From Antedon mediterranea (Eukaryota > Animalia > Echinodermata), in NCBI RefSeq assembly GCF_964355755.1, contig NC_092674.1, forward strand, positions 4,402,001 through 4,466,000: a DNA stretch of 64,000 nt, read 5' to 3'. The notes under the pieces were generated by a model. That model ran no database searches. It saw only the letters and a list, made by a program, of their open reading frames with translations, and was not told the DNA's origin. Shown here piece after piece: positions 1 through 11,967 of this stretch. Position numbers and translations under genes: made by a program. Every line of letters starts with the position of its first letter. The stretch's first letter is position 1.

Positions 1-1548
1 TCTATAGTTAACACATTGTTGGGAATAGGGTGTTCTACTGGACACACTAAATAAGCCTGCAATGTCAAAACTGACTGATTACAATTACTAAAGTTCTTCT
101 CTATACGTATTATATTGATGCTAGAAATGAGTAATGGTTAGTTAAAGATGCAGAATCTAACCCAAAGGCATCGTAAAGAGCAGAGACTGAGTCGGTTTTG
201 AATGAAGAAGATCGCTGAAAATCAATAACGATAATGAATATGTTGACGTGAATGCCAATGGTAATTAGTCTATGGGCATGCATTTCAAGGCACGTAATCA
301 AAAAAGTTGTCATGCGCTTATTTGTGGGTGGTGTCGTGCAAAAAAAAGGAATATAAATTAAATAATAAGTAAATTAATTTAAACTGTATTCTAATCTGAA
401 AAAAAGTCGTGCAAGCAGGAACTATTGTACATTGCAAACAGAGTACTGTACATTGTGTGTCATAGTTCATAGTTCATAGTTCATGTGCATACGGTAGTTC
501 ATATGTATACAGTTAGAATTATAACGTACAGTATATTTAAATACACTGATTACTTTTCATTGGCAATACTAACTTAATATATACTGTATATACTATAATA
601 TACTGTATAGTGTTAGTTATAAAACCATGATATGATAAATTGATAGTGATACTATGTATGAAATGAATGAAGTTATGCAATGCAATATGCATATTATTAA
701 GAACAGATCTAGAATTTTTTAATTGAATTTATTTGTCCATCCACCAGCAATTAACTATTATTAAACCTTGTTTTAATACACCATCAAACTTTATGTGACA
801 AAAAATGTGATATGCCCATATATGGACATGATGATGTAATCATTACAAAAAAATGATACCATATTTGGGCATATCACTACCATATTTGGCCATATCACTA
901 CCAAATTTGGGCACATCACACTTTCTTTGTCAAACTAGTTTGATAGTGTAGACAGAGCTTTAAAAAGAAGATGAGACTGAAGTTTTCATCGATTATTTAA
1001 AGTTTTTTTATGTTGTCAAATTGTATGCTATTTGATTTACAGTATAAGAGGTTAAAGGTTACTGCTGCGATGCGATTTATTAATATTATTAGGCTAAACT
1101 AATTAAACAAGAGAGAGTGCATGTCTACGGTTGAGTAAGCTCGTTGACGAGGTAGTCAATATAAAGATGTCATTACCTACCTACAATGCAGTAGGTGTGA
1201 AATATAAGAGAAAGTCTACAGCTACTGTACAGTAGTGTTGTAAGTAGCTGCATACAGTTCACATACTGTCAAATATCGGCAATGGGGTTTAATTTTTTTT
1301 AAGACGTTAGTAGGGTACAGTACTACCCATCAATACAGTATGTCATACCTCATGGAAGTGAACTCCCACATTGAAGAAATTTGGGTCAGTGGTTTTACCG
1401 GATTACCAAATTATAATTTATAGGGGGCTGGCACAAAATACATCTTAAACTTGAGGATAAATTCCACCTGGGTGCTTTTACCTGTATATGCTCAAGAGAG
1501 GTTTCCACTGAATAGTAGACTCCCCAACCTCCAAAAAGTATTATTTAC

Positions 1549-4500
1549 CTGTGAACAGAAGGAAATATCACAGAATCTTTTTGCCATCACAGCCGTTTTC
1601 TTTCCTGGACTGATCAACGTTAAGGTTTCCTTGCCAATCTGGAACAACATGGTTCGATTCTGTGGATTGTGTTTACGCATCAACATCGTGGCGATACTTA
1701 ACTGTCTGTCAAAGTTCGGGACGCTTCCACGTTTTACAGGCACGTAGTGCCGAGCAGAACAATTACTAGCATCGCTGTTTGACCGCGGAATATCAAATTC
1801 TTCACATTCACTGTCCGTTTTATTTGAATCTAGGGATTCTGAACTGGTATTTCTTGAGAGCACAGGTACATTCATGTCAGCTACATTTTCTAGATCGTCA
1901 AACGATTGTGATTTCTTTCTCTCGCCGACGCTATTCGACCTCGATCTTGATTGGTCTCCTGTCGAGTAGTGTCGACGCCGCCTATCAATGTAGTCCTCAA
2001 TTTCATAATCTTTAAATTTACTGATAGCTTCGTCGATAAGTGATGGTGGTGCTTTCTTGTGCGATACGCTGACCCTTCCACAGTATAACACTTCATAGCT
2101 ATTACTGTTATCTACAATAGAGTCGGTATAAAATGGCAGTTCTTTTAACTGTGGGCTGTCGCTTTGATTGTACGATTTTCCTTCGACACTTTTTGCTGCT
2201 TCACGTATAGTTGAGTGGATTGTGCTCACCTAGGAAAGAAAAAGGAAGAGAATTTTAGTTTCACTGTTTAATTCAAGAAGTTTATAACAGTTAATTTAGT
2301 GCATGACTTTTAACTTTATTTATTCATTACTTAAAGTTATTTAGAGTATGTCTAAATATTTAATCTTTTCTACTGTAGCTACCATTTTGGATCCTTTTTT
2401 TTTTGTCTGGCTGTCTTAAAGTTTCCTTGTATATTATATTTTAAAATAATAGTAAAAGCCCAAATATGGTAGTTTACATTTTTATAGGCCTACTTTTTAA
2501 AACCCATTATTAATATTAATACTTTTTATAGTCTTTGGCTATATTTTGTAATTTTATACCTGAATAAAATTTTCTTTACAAATATACTTTGACAATAAAA
2601 ATTATAATTTTTTACATGAAATTTTATTGCGACAATTGACACAACCATAAATTTCTCGGTTCAATATCCACTGAAGCGTGAACTAATTATTTGCACTGTA
2701 CACAGACTGTAGTGTTGTTAGTACTTTAATAGGAGGCACCACTTTACTAATACTAACCTGTAATGCCACATATCAAAAACTTTGACCCCTATATTGTATT
2801 GACCTTAATAATATGGATAGTTAAATAGATACAGTACTCCCAAATGTCAACATAAGATAATTTCAAAATTATAGATAATAATGGATTGAAATGGTTCTCA
2901 TAGTATTTTATAGAGTGTATACTGTATGTTAGTAGTAGCGGTACTTGAACTCTTTGGATGCACCAATTGGGTGAAAAATGAGATCATTTAATTGCAGGGG
3001 TTTTTTTTTCGAAACTAGATGTATTGATTTTGTATCTTGTCTATATATTTATTTTTTAGAACGCACCAGGTATGAACGTTGTAAAGGTGTAGCTTCAATA
3101 TTATTATAGATGTAAGCTTTAATGATCAAAATAAAGTACTACACTTCATATTTGACTTTCACAGTTAAGGGTACTCTAGGGTTTAAATTTTACACCAATA
3201 AACACCAGCGTTCTCGCCAGGAATCGGCTAAAGCTCTGTCTACACTATTAAACTTTATGTGACAAAAACATGTGATGTACCCATGGACATCATGTCGTCC
3301 TACCCACTACCATAAATTCGTGTATCACTACAACAATATTTGGGCAAACTTTTTGTTGTCAAACTACAGTAGTTTGATAGTGTAGACAGGGCTTAAATAA
3401 AGTTCAAAGTATTATTCTGCTTCAATAGTAAATGCATTTTAGAATTATAAATATTAAAGATCATTAATATTAGAGTCTCTTTGATATATACCTTTAAATT
3501 GTTTATATTTATTATTTATATCAATAACATGCATAGAGCAGACAGTCTTTATGTATAAGATTTAGACCATGGAGGAAGAATAGTAAAAACCATTGTACTG
3601 TAGTCCTCCACTAGTACTCTATGAGTCATGGTGTTTTTTGGCCTTCCCACATAGGTAGACAGGTCTAAAATGATCAATACAGGAATTATGAGATAACAGT
3701 AATAGCTTTGTATTACCTGAATATTCAATTTCATATCTTGAAAGCTCTAGGTTAAATAACACTAGTGATTTTACAATGATGCAACATAATACAAGATTGT
3801 TTCCAGACATTTTTTAACCAAAATGGACATGGTAATAATGTGAAGCGCTTACAGGCTTGTGCTTTAAAAGCTATAAGATCGACATATTGTTTTTTATTAA
3901 TATAAATTCTTGACAAAATATGATATGAAATACAGCAATTGTTTAAAAATAAAACATCATTCTTGAAAAGAAATGATAAGTGGGTTTGCAGACAATTAAC
4001 GAATGATTTTTTTTTCTTCAGGTTTTAAATGTAAAAATAAAAATTAACTCCCTATACAAATGATATGGTCTGAATTGAATGTTAATAAAATTACTATTAA
4101 TTAATTTTACAGTACATCCAATGCTATCCTCATCTGTTACCTATTGTATACTGAATCTAGCACTTTAATACCATGATAGGATTTTATGTTCATTGCGTGG
4201 TGAATATTAAGAGCAAATTTCGAAATGTCATACAGTAATATGACATTAACATCACACACCATTTACTTTGTAGAAATTGACATTTTGCTTCCAACGTCAC
4301 AATACAGCCAACGACGACACAGCTAGCTATATAATTCTTATTTCTGAATTGAGTAAATTATCATAAAACCATTAAGTATTGGTTTTATTGTGTTTCAAGC
4401 AATGTACTGAATTTGAAAAGATAGTTTTATCAATATTAAAAGTATTGTAGCACAAGAATGTCCATATCATTTTAATCTACAGTATTATAAACTTATAATG

Positions 4501-6010
4501 CCAATGAATTTTAAATACTGTACCAAATAGCTTTGTATAGTAAAGTATCACTATCATGGTACTGTATAGCAGGGCTGCATTAAACAACAGTAGATAATTA
4601 TGAAATATTATATTCTCTCATGTTCAATGTACTGTTCAATGTATTGTATGCATATTAAATATCATTAATAATTTATTTGTTATCAATATCATTATCAGTC
4701 TTATTTTTTGTCAGCAGAGCTATAAACTGTATCTTAATAATTTTAATTTATATCACTTTGAACAATTAAATTATTACAAAATAGTTGGACTGCATCGTAA
4801 ATTTTATGTTTAATATTACTGTATTATGATGTTATAAAATAAACCAATGGGTATTTCCTGGCAACCATATTTAGATGTTTTATCGTAATAATCAATCAAA
4901 ATGAATCATCACATACTCTGACGCATTTTAAACAAACAGCACGAATCAAAAATGTGAAAACAGACACAGAATAAATATTTGTCATAGGGAACATTATGAC
5001 AAATGTCTTCTGTGGCAAGATGTTTATTTTAAATATTTCAAAAAATGACAGAAAATTAATTATGGATATTAAAATCATAACATTTGATTATCTCAAGGGT
5101 ACAGGAAAAATTGTCTTGGTCTCCAAGTAGGCCTAGAATTCATTTGTTTATGTTTTAATAAAGAGCCAGTTTTTTTTTAAATTTAAAATGGTAGCATCAA
5201 TTAATGCTGATGACTATACAAAGAAAAAAACTAAAACATTAAAAAAATTGCCCTCTCTCCACTAAATAAAATTTATTCAGAGGTTAACGCTTAAAAACAA
5301 GAATATATATTTATAGTGCCTAGTAGAATACCACCGGTTTGTTTTTTACTTGAAAGTGTGTTGAATAAAAACAGAATGAAAATTTATCAAAAATTTTTTT
5401 AAATGACATTAAAAACAATTAGGCCTAGCCTAGGCCTATAAATAATTTTGTATTCTTTAATTTTAGTACTTACCAATTCTAAATTTTCTACTTTAAAAAC
5501 AAAACACGTAAACGGTTTATCGCTTTCCCGTCTCCATAAATAACTGAAATATTGTTTGTCAATACCTCTACAAAACCTGCCAATGCCTTGCAAATGATGG
5601 CAGAAGGCAGTCTTCCCTGTTCTGTTCACAATTCCTTTTACTGTTTGATGGCAAACTTCAAGTGTTATCGGTTCCTCTTTTCCCTGTGCAACATGCTTCA
5701 CTTCGGCAACAATCCATGGCAAAAGTGGTTGAGTAATTCTTTTATCAAGAACAGAACAACCCAATAACATTAAATTAAAACGTTTAAATGAAGAATCTAA
5801 TTCGCTATTTTCGGTAAGCATGGTTCGATTTGTACCTGCCGCATCTTTTAGGTGCTCCTCCGGGGAAGAGTCAGGGCGACGAGCGTTTGTGGTGGTGCTT
5901 GTCAGTGGTGATTCGCTATCGCTGGGGCTTGAGTCTCGACAATTCACTCCGCTATCTTCCTCTGCTTGTTGTTCACTATAATTACGACAACTGTCATTGA
6001 AAGAGTTCAT
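1549..6010 (-). CDS. TBC1D1: TBC1 domain family member 1/4 (AS160-like Rab-GAP), 5' part: two N-terminal PTB-domain exons; gene continues off the left edge
   Basis: Exon 6010-5474 (ATG, 179 codons, TTG|GTAAGT) has 'LGCSVLDKRITQPLLPWIVAEV' (PTB1). Exon 2229-1549 (tag|GTG ... CAG|GTAAAT) has 'EVLYCGRVSVSHKKAPPSLIDEAISKF' and 'NRTMLFQIG...LISP...FCDISFCSQ' (PTB2). Both are typical of TBC1D1/TBC1D4; probably co-orthologous to the two vertebrate paralogs. Confidence 0.9.
3232..3393. mobile_element. Harbinger-type MITE family A copy
   Basis: taa|AGCTCTGTCTACAC…GTGTAGACAGGGCT|taa. Confidence 0.85.
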
Positions 6011-7373
6011 CGTGAAATACCTGTTTTACAAATAAGGATTTCCGTTTTAGAAAATCCACTCCGACATTTCTGGCAGGCTATAAAACAATTTTACGGATGT
6101 CTCAAGACTCATATGAATGAAAACGCTAGCTAAAAACACATTGCGGATGGTTGGAATCAGCTGCTCCGCCGTCGTGCAGAAGTCAGCCTGGCAGCGCAAT
6201 ACTCGTGCGCAAACGAGAAGGATAAGGATCTACGAGAGAGAGATTTGTATTGAAATATAGAGGGTGCTGTTTCCAAACTACATTTGAACGTAAAGTACGT
6301 ACGTCGTCTTTAGGATTAGGGTGCATTAAAAATATATATAAAAATGTGAATAAAAAGATAACAATACTCTAAAGTAAACAGTAACCTAACTGAGAAATTC
6401 CTCCATGCTACTATCACCCCTTTTCTTTACAATTAAGTAACTATCCATTTCATACCTTTAAAAGTGGCAATTTTCGTTGCTCTTGGTATTGATGAAATAA
6501 AATAAAATCAAGTTTAAGTTCAAATGTATTAGTGTCAAACAAATGTAATTTAAATTTGTATTCCAAAAAAATACAAATAACAAAAAAAGTACAATAACAA
6601 TATTAAAATACTTTATGTAAAAATTGAAAAACGTAGCGCCGGGGGCCGATTACATTATCACTATTAAAAGATTAGCATATATATGGTAAGTTCTATGTTT
6701 TGTAATGAAATGATGATTTAAGCATTTCCATTATATAAGAATAGCTCAAAAACGCAAAAGTCATTACAATTTTCATATGAAATGTAACAGTTACTTTAAA
6801 AAAACCGAAGAGATGATTTTTCTAAAATGACGGATGACTTTGTTGTTTTGATTATCATAAAAACGACAAAGTCATTATTATTGTAGATAGCCTAGCAATC
6901 CAATAATAAGTTATGTCTATTGTTATTGTATAGTTTTATCATTTTTTTAAGTTGACGAAATAAATGAAATAAAATGATGAACAGAAATTAAGCCTATATT
7001 ATAATAAATGAATATTAATGCATATAACTACAAAGTACGAAACCCACATAATGAAATTTTCATCAATTGGCAAATCACTTCATATTTTTCCAACATCAAT
7101 TCAACAACGACCAATACTATAATATAAATTTAAGCCTATATGATATTGATACAATAAGACTAACTTTACAAAAATGATTATTATAACATTCCACATTATA
7201 ATAATTATTATTATGAATATTTAGCATATGTTATGAGGGCGCTATTTAAAGTATACAAGTTTTACCGATTTCAATTTTCGACACACGAGCGAGAAGAGCC
7301 AGCCTACAGAGTGTGGTCATTTCCTGACAGTTTATCTCGGCATAAAACTGCTTCATAAAAGCCTAGGCCTAAA
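6011..7373. promoter_or_regulatory. Divergent intergenic region TBC1D1/4 - UCH
   Basis: Start codons on opposite strands about 1.36 kb apart, with CpG-richer patches near 6140-6310 and 7280-7370. Confidence 0.6.
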
Positions 7374-10300
7374 ATGTCTCAACCACCACAAAAATCACGC
7401 TGGCTACCACTAGAATCAAACCCAGATGTGAGTATTTCATGTTAAATTTGTATATAGTATTATGAATTTGAACAATTTTAATAACTCAACTGTATATTAC
7501 GATTATTCTCGAAGACGTAATTTCGTCACTGTTTTTTTTTTTATTTTGACGGTGTTGAGTTATCATAATTTATAACATAACACCACACCTAAACACAATT
7601 TTTTTCTTTTTTAAAATAATATAATACATAATAAAGTATTTGCCAATATACAGTGTGACATTTTTTCTTTATTTCTCTTTTCAGGTAATGAACAAAGTAA
7701 GTTGACACTATTTTAAAAAACTGAACTTCCAAGATAAACTTAAATAAACTTAAATAAACTGCCATCATTGATGTAATCACAATTTTGTTTTACCATTTTA
7801 GAGTCATTTTTCAGTTCTGAGAGACGGCACGGCTACTAGGCCTATTACTAATTATATAATAAAGTTTCGGTGGTTCTATAATTATGATAAAATTGAACTT
7901 TTAGTTTTAGATTCTACGCAGTCTGGAAGCATAATAGGCCCAGGTGGCCTTACGCCAGATCTGATCTACGCTTAGGCGTACTACTACACTGGAGTATGCA
8001 CAGTAATATAAAATACCTAGGTTATATACCTCTATTATGAAACACTGTAACAAATAAGTATATAGTGTAATTGGATCTAATAATATCTTTTAATTGCTAG
8101 TTTGCTCAGAAACTGGGTATGCCAAAAGAGTGGCAGTACGTTGACATCTACAGCTTGGACTTACTCGACATTGTACCCAAACCAGTAGCTGCTGTTCTTA
8201 TTCTCTTTCCAATTAGTAAGAAGGTAAAAACTAAATTTAAAACTCCTATTATATCGGTGTCAGGAATTCTACTGTGTTTCAGAGGAGTTATACTGTATTT
8301 AGAAAAACTACCTTCGTTTCTGTATGATATGTAATCTAAACTTCATTTTTATTGACTATGCCAAAATTATTTTACTGCAGTTACTGCAGTAACTATATTT
8401 TGTGCTCTTTAACATGCAATTATTTTGCAAGGTTTTGTTGGTGTAATATTTTTATTTCAGTGACTTGACTCTCAAACTTAAAAAAAATGTAGTTATTTGC
8501 AGTATATTCTCCTGTAATATATTTATTAATTAAATTTTACTTGTAGTATGAAGATTTCTGTAAAGAAGAACAGACCAAAATTAAGCAGGATGGCCAGGAA
8601 GTTAGCCCAAACTTGATGTTTATTAAGCAGACTATCGGCAATGCTTGTGGAACCATTGCGTTACTTCACTCGATCGCCAATAACACTGAAAAGATGCAGC
8701 TAAGTAAGGCATCTTTTAATTGATACCATTTCCATGCAAATAAACTCTCCAAATAAATATGCCTTACTAAAGCTCTGTCTACACTATCAAACTAGTAAAT
8801 GTGAGATGTGCCAAAATATTGTAGTGATAAGCCCAAATACTGTATGGTAGTGATATCCCCAAATATGGTAGTGATATGACATCATCATGTCCATATATGG
8901 GCACATCACATTTTTTTTAAACAAGCATAAAGTTTGATAGTGTAGACAGAGCTTAAGTGATAAGTTAAAGTTTGATCTCCAATATTCCATTAATTCTGCA
9001 TGTATTTTTTAAAAGCATAATAATCACACATGTTGAATGTGGTTATTGAAAAAATATAAATGTTGACATTATTATTGTTTTTTCCTATCTTTTTCAGGTG
9101 GATTTTTAAGCAATTTTATTGAAAAAACAAAGTCAATGACTCCAGAAGAAAGAGCAAGTTTTCTGGAGAGTGATGAGGGCCTTTGTGCCGCCCATGAAGA
9201 AAGTGCTCAAGAAGGACAAACTGAGGTAAGTAGGTCTATATTCTCATTCGTACAACCTCCCCCAACCCCCCATAAAAGGAAATAGAAAGATTTGTATTGA
9301 CTAATAGTACCAGTAGATTTAAGGTTGTAAATTGATAATGTTATTTTTTGCAACTAACTTGTTTAATAATTGGCAGTGAATGATCATCTAAAATTTAAGT
9401 GTGTCAAATTGACCTCACACATTGTGTGATATGGTTATAATTTCTATCAGTCTGGAAAAAGAGACTACTACCCTTAATATTAACTAAGACATGAACATCT
9501 GGAAAATGAGACTACTATACTATTACCAACCTGAATATTACCTAAGATATGGAAAATGAGACTATTATTACTAGATATTAGTAAATATGGATATCTGGGC
9601 TTATAATTGAACATATTTGTATTCACTTTATATTTCAAAATGTTCTTTTTTTTGGAGACATTCTTTTATTATGATTGTAAAATGGTAGAAAGTTAAAACC
9701 GTTTTCACAGCCCCCACCTCGTGAAGAACATACTGAACTACACTTTCTAACCCTGGTCTCCAAAGACGGGTACATTTACGAGATGGATGGCCGTAAACAG
9801 CACCCAGTTAATCATGGTCCGACCACCGACGAAGGTTTCCTGCAGGTATGGCGCCCTCCCAATATCCGTGCTTCATCATGCATGTTTTTGGTTCTTTTTT
9901 TTTTTTTGGTTCTACCCCGCTTTGGTTGTGTAGGCACGGGACGAAGAAGTTAATTTACATTTTATATCATTGGTCCATATGGACGGTCATCTGTATGAAA
10001 TGGACGGTAGGAAACCTAATCCCATTAATCATGGAAAATCAAGCAAAGAAACGCTACTTGAGGTAATCATTTGACATTTAATACATAGTGCCCTCTTTAC
10101 ACTAACATAACAATTATAGCATTATGCTTGGTTATTAAAATATGTTTATTTATAAATCTCTGTATAAAAGGCTCAAATCCTAGCTCTGCCACTGTATCGG
10201 GATTTGTATTCATAGCCGAAAAGTAGTTACTATCACTTTATAAGGGTAGAGAAAGTTTTATTTCTGATGTTAGCATTCAATTCAAAAAATGTTATACAAA

Positions 10301-11663
10301 TATGAATGTTTATGAGTGTAATGGTACAAATAATGGCATGAGGTGAATAATGAAAGGTTATATATCAACGAGGTATCAAATCCTGATACAACATTTATTT
10401 AAAAAGCAATAGTATAAACAAAATATTTTTGAAAACGCGAAAAAAAATTTTTTCGTACACAAAAAAGTACTATTGAACGACCTTTCAATAGTGCATACTA
10501 GCATGTGACCTACAATCGTCTAATCAAATGACAGGAATTTATTTAGGTGTTAACGTCAACGTTAGTAATATTGATGAGTAATTGTAGCCTAACTTATGTA
10601 TTTCTATATTTACCATTATACTATTGTGGGTCGTTCTCAGTTAAAAAAATAAATATCCTATTATGCTTTTATTTTAGTTCTTCATCTTCCTTTGTCTTGC
10701 AAATAGTACCATGAACAAATTTATTTTGCATGTCCACACCATATATCCATTATAAATCCATATTCATATAATTATGATTATGTTTCTTTATAACACACCT
10801 ACTGTATTTGTATCAATGATTTTGGATCAAATTTCGTGCATTGTTTTCTCCCATCTCAACGATTGATTCACATGGCCTAACCTTCGACATTTGATTCAAG
10901 ATGGTACAGTAGGTGGCTGATTGATTGAAAAGGTTATATAAGAACAGTAAGAGTGTTTTGCATTCGTTGAATGGGGGAAATATTTTGAAAGCTTGATAAT
11001 CTAACAGGATGCTGAGCTCCTGAGATCAAAGGGTACTCTTGGTATTTGTTGCAGCCAGACATAAAGCGTGGTTCCCACTAACGACGCAAGACAAGGACGT
11101 AACGCAACGCAAGTGAATTGACCAATCACAAGCGATGGCTTATTCGCTTGTTTCTTTCTTTCTTTATTTACCCATAAATATAAATTATAAACATTGTAAT
11201 ATACAAATAATAATAATTATATCAAGGGATATTGATTGCTAACTGTCTATAAACTTCGCTTGTTATTGGTTAAAACGCTTGCGTTGCGTTTACGTCCTTG
11301 CGTTACGTTCTAGTGGGAACCAATCTTATGATCAAAGAACTGTTACAAGTTCCTATCTTGGCAAGGCGAGCTCAGTCTCCTGTTGTTAGATTGCCTTGTT
11401 TCTATTCCATATGTGTTCTTTTCCTAGTGTGTTCCTCTCTTCAGAGAGAGGGGCTAATGTTGGTTTATCCAGGTAAGCGACACCACTGTTGATTTGTGCA
11501 ATTATGTTGTTGCAGTAGAATAATGTTAACATGGTCTCTTATGTTTTTAAAACATATATTTCAAATCCAGGATGCTGCCGCTGTGTGCCAACAATTTATG
11601 AATCGTGATAAAGCTGAACTACGGTTTACTCTGATAGCCTTGTCAAAGAACCCGGATTTGTAA
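7374..11663 (+). CDS. UCHL3: Ubiquitin C-terminal hydrolase, peptidase C12 (UCHL1/UCHL3 co-ortholog), about 231-233 aa
   Basis: Exons: 7374-7427 ([18 protein letters not shown]), 7685-7696 (VMNK), 8101-8223, 8547-8703 ([10 protein letters not shown], catalytic Cys), 9098-9225 ([12 protein letters not shown]), then 9711-9845 or 9934-10062 (HF...YEMDGRK, catalytic His/Asp), and 11571-11663 ([13 protein letters not shown]...RFTLIAL..*). All introns are GT-AG and the phases join. Confidence 0.95.
7685..7696 (+). CDS. UCHL3: 12-nt microexon of the UCH gene (VMNK)
   Basis: ttctcttttcag|GTAATGAACAAA|gtaagt. Needed to restore the ESNPD-VMNK-FAQKLG N-terminus, with phase 0 on both sides. Confidence 0.9.
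8771..8953. mobile_element. PIF/Harbinger-type MITE, family A (representative copy; about 25 copies in the window)
   Basis: TIR AGCTCTGTCTACACTATCAAACT, flanked by TAA on both sides (3-bp TWA TSD), with internal 'atatcactaccatatttgg' repeats. Other full or partial copies near 770, 3232, 11793, 14085, 15689, 16028, 16520, 19112, 19489, 19811, 21105, 21779-22268, 25813, 30745, 33298, 35650, 35998, 38311, 42475, 42791, 43348, 44410, 55440 and 61820. Confidence 0.85.
9711..9845 (+). CDS. UCHL3: UCH alternative exon 6a ([45 protein letters not shown])
   Basis: ttttcacag|...CAG|gtatgg, 135 nt, phase 0-0, open frame, catalytic H (LHF) and D (EMDGRK). Confidence 0.9.
9934..10062 (+). CDS. UCHL3: UCH alternative exon 6b ([43 protein letters not shown])
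   Basis: Long poly-T tract ...ttgtgtag|...GAG|gtaatc, 129 nt, phase 0-0, open frame, homologous to 6a with intact catalytic H and D. Confidence 0.88.
11064..11327. mobile_element. Harbinger-like MITE family B nested in another MITE
   Basis: TIR AGCGTGGTTCCCACTA…TAGTGGGAACCAATCT with internal ACGCA repeats. Relatives at about 36470-36668 and 61292-61430. Confidence 0.75.
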
Positions 11664-11792
11664 GATCACCAAGTTGAAAGCGAGAACTTGACGCTAACGA
11701 ATCACCTGACTGAAGATATCCAATCGCAGACTGTACTTGTCTTCTACCTAGCAATTGGTGTGTACGCCCCTTCCTTATAAGCTAAAGTTTAA

Positions 11793-11967
11793 AGCTCTGT
11801 CTACACTATCAAACTAGTTTGACATAATATTGTGATGTGCCCAAATATGGTAGTGATATGTTTAAATAGGGTAGTGATATCAGCGAGGTATACCTCCCTG
11901 GTGATATGACATCATATGGGCACATTACATTTTTTGTCGCATAAAGTTTGATAGTGTGGACAGAGCT
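11793..11967. mobile_element. Harbinger-type MITE family A copy in the UCH 3'UTR
   Basis: Same TIRs, 130 nt after the stop codon. Confidence 0.8.

Noticed and set aside
110-313. Possible extra TBC1D1/4 exon (cag|RSSSFKTDSVSALYDAF|gt)
   Set aside because: It has splice-like flanks, but does not match the expected next exon (G…HFGFICRE) and its length would shift the frame. Unresolved.
8787-8990. Recurrent short ORFs containing 'LKLCLHYQT'
   Set aside because: Translations of the MITE family A terminal repeat, not a protein family.
9848-10066. ORF-track 72-aa ORF
   Set aside because: Wrong frame. The real coding signal is exon 6b (9934-10062) in another frame.
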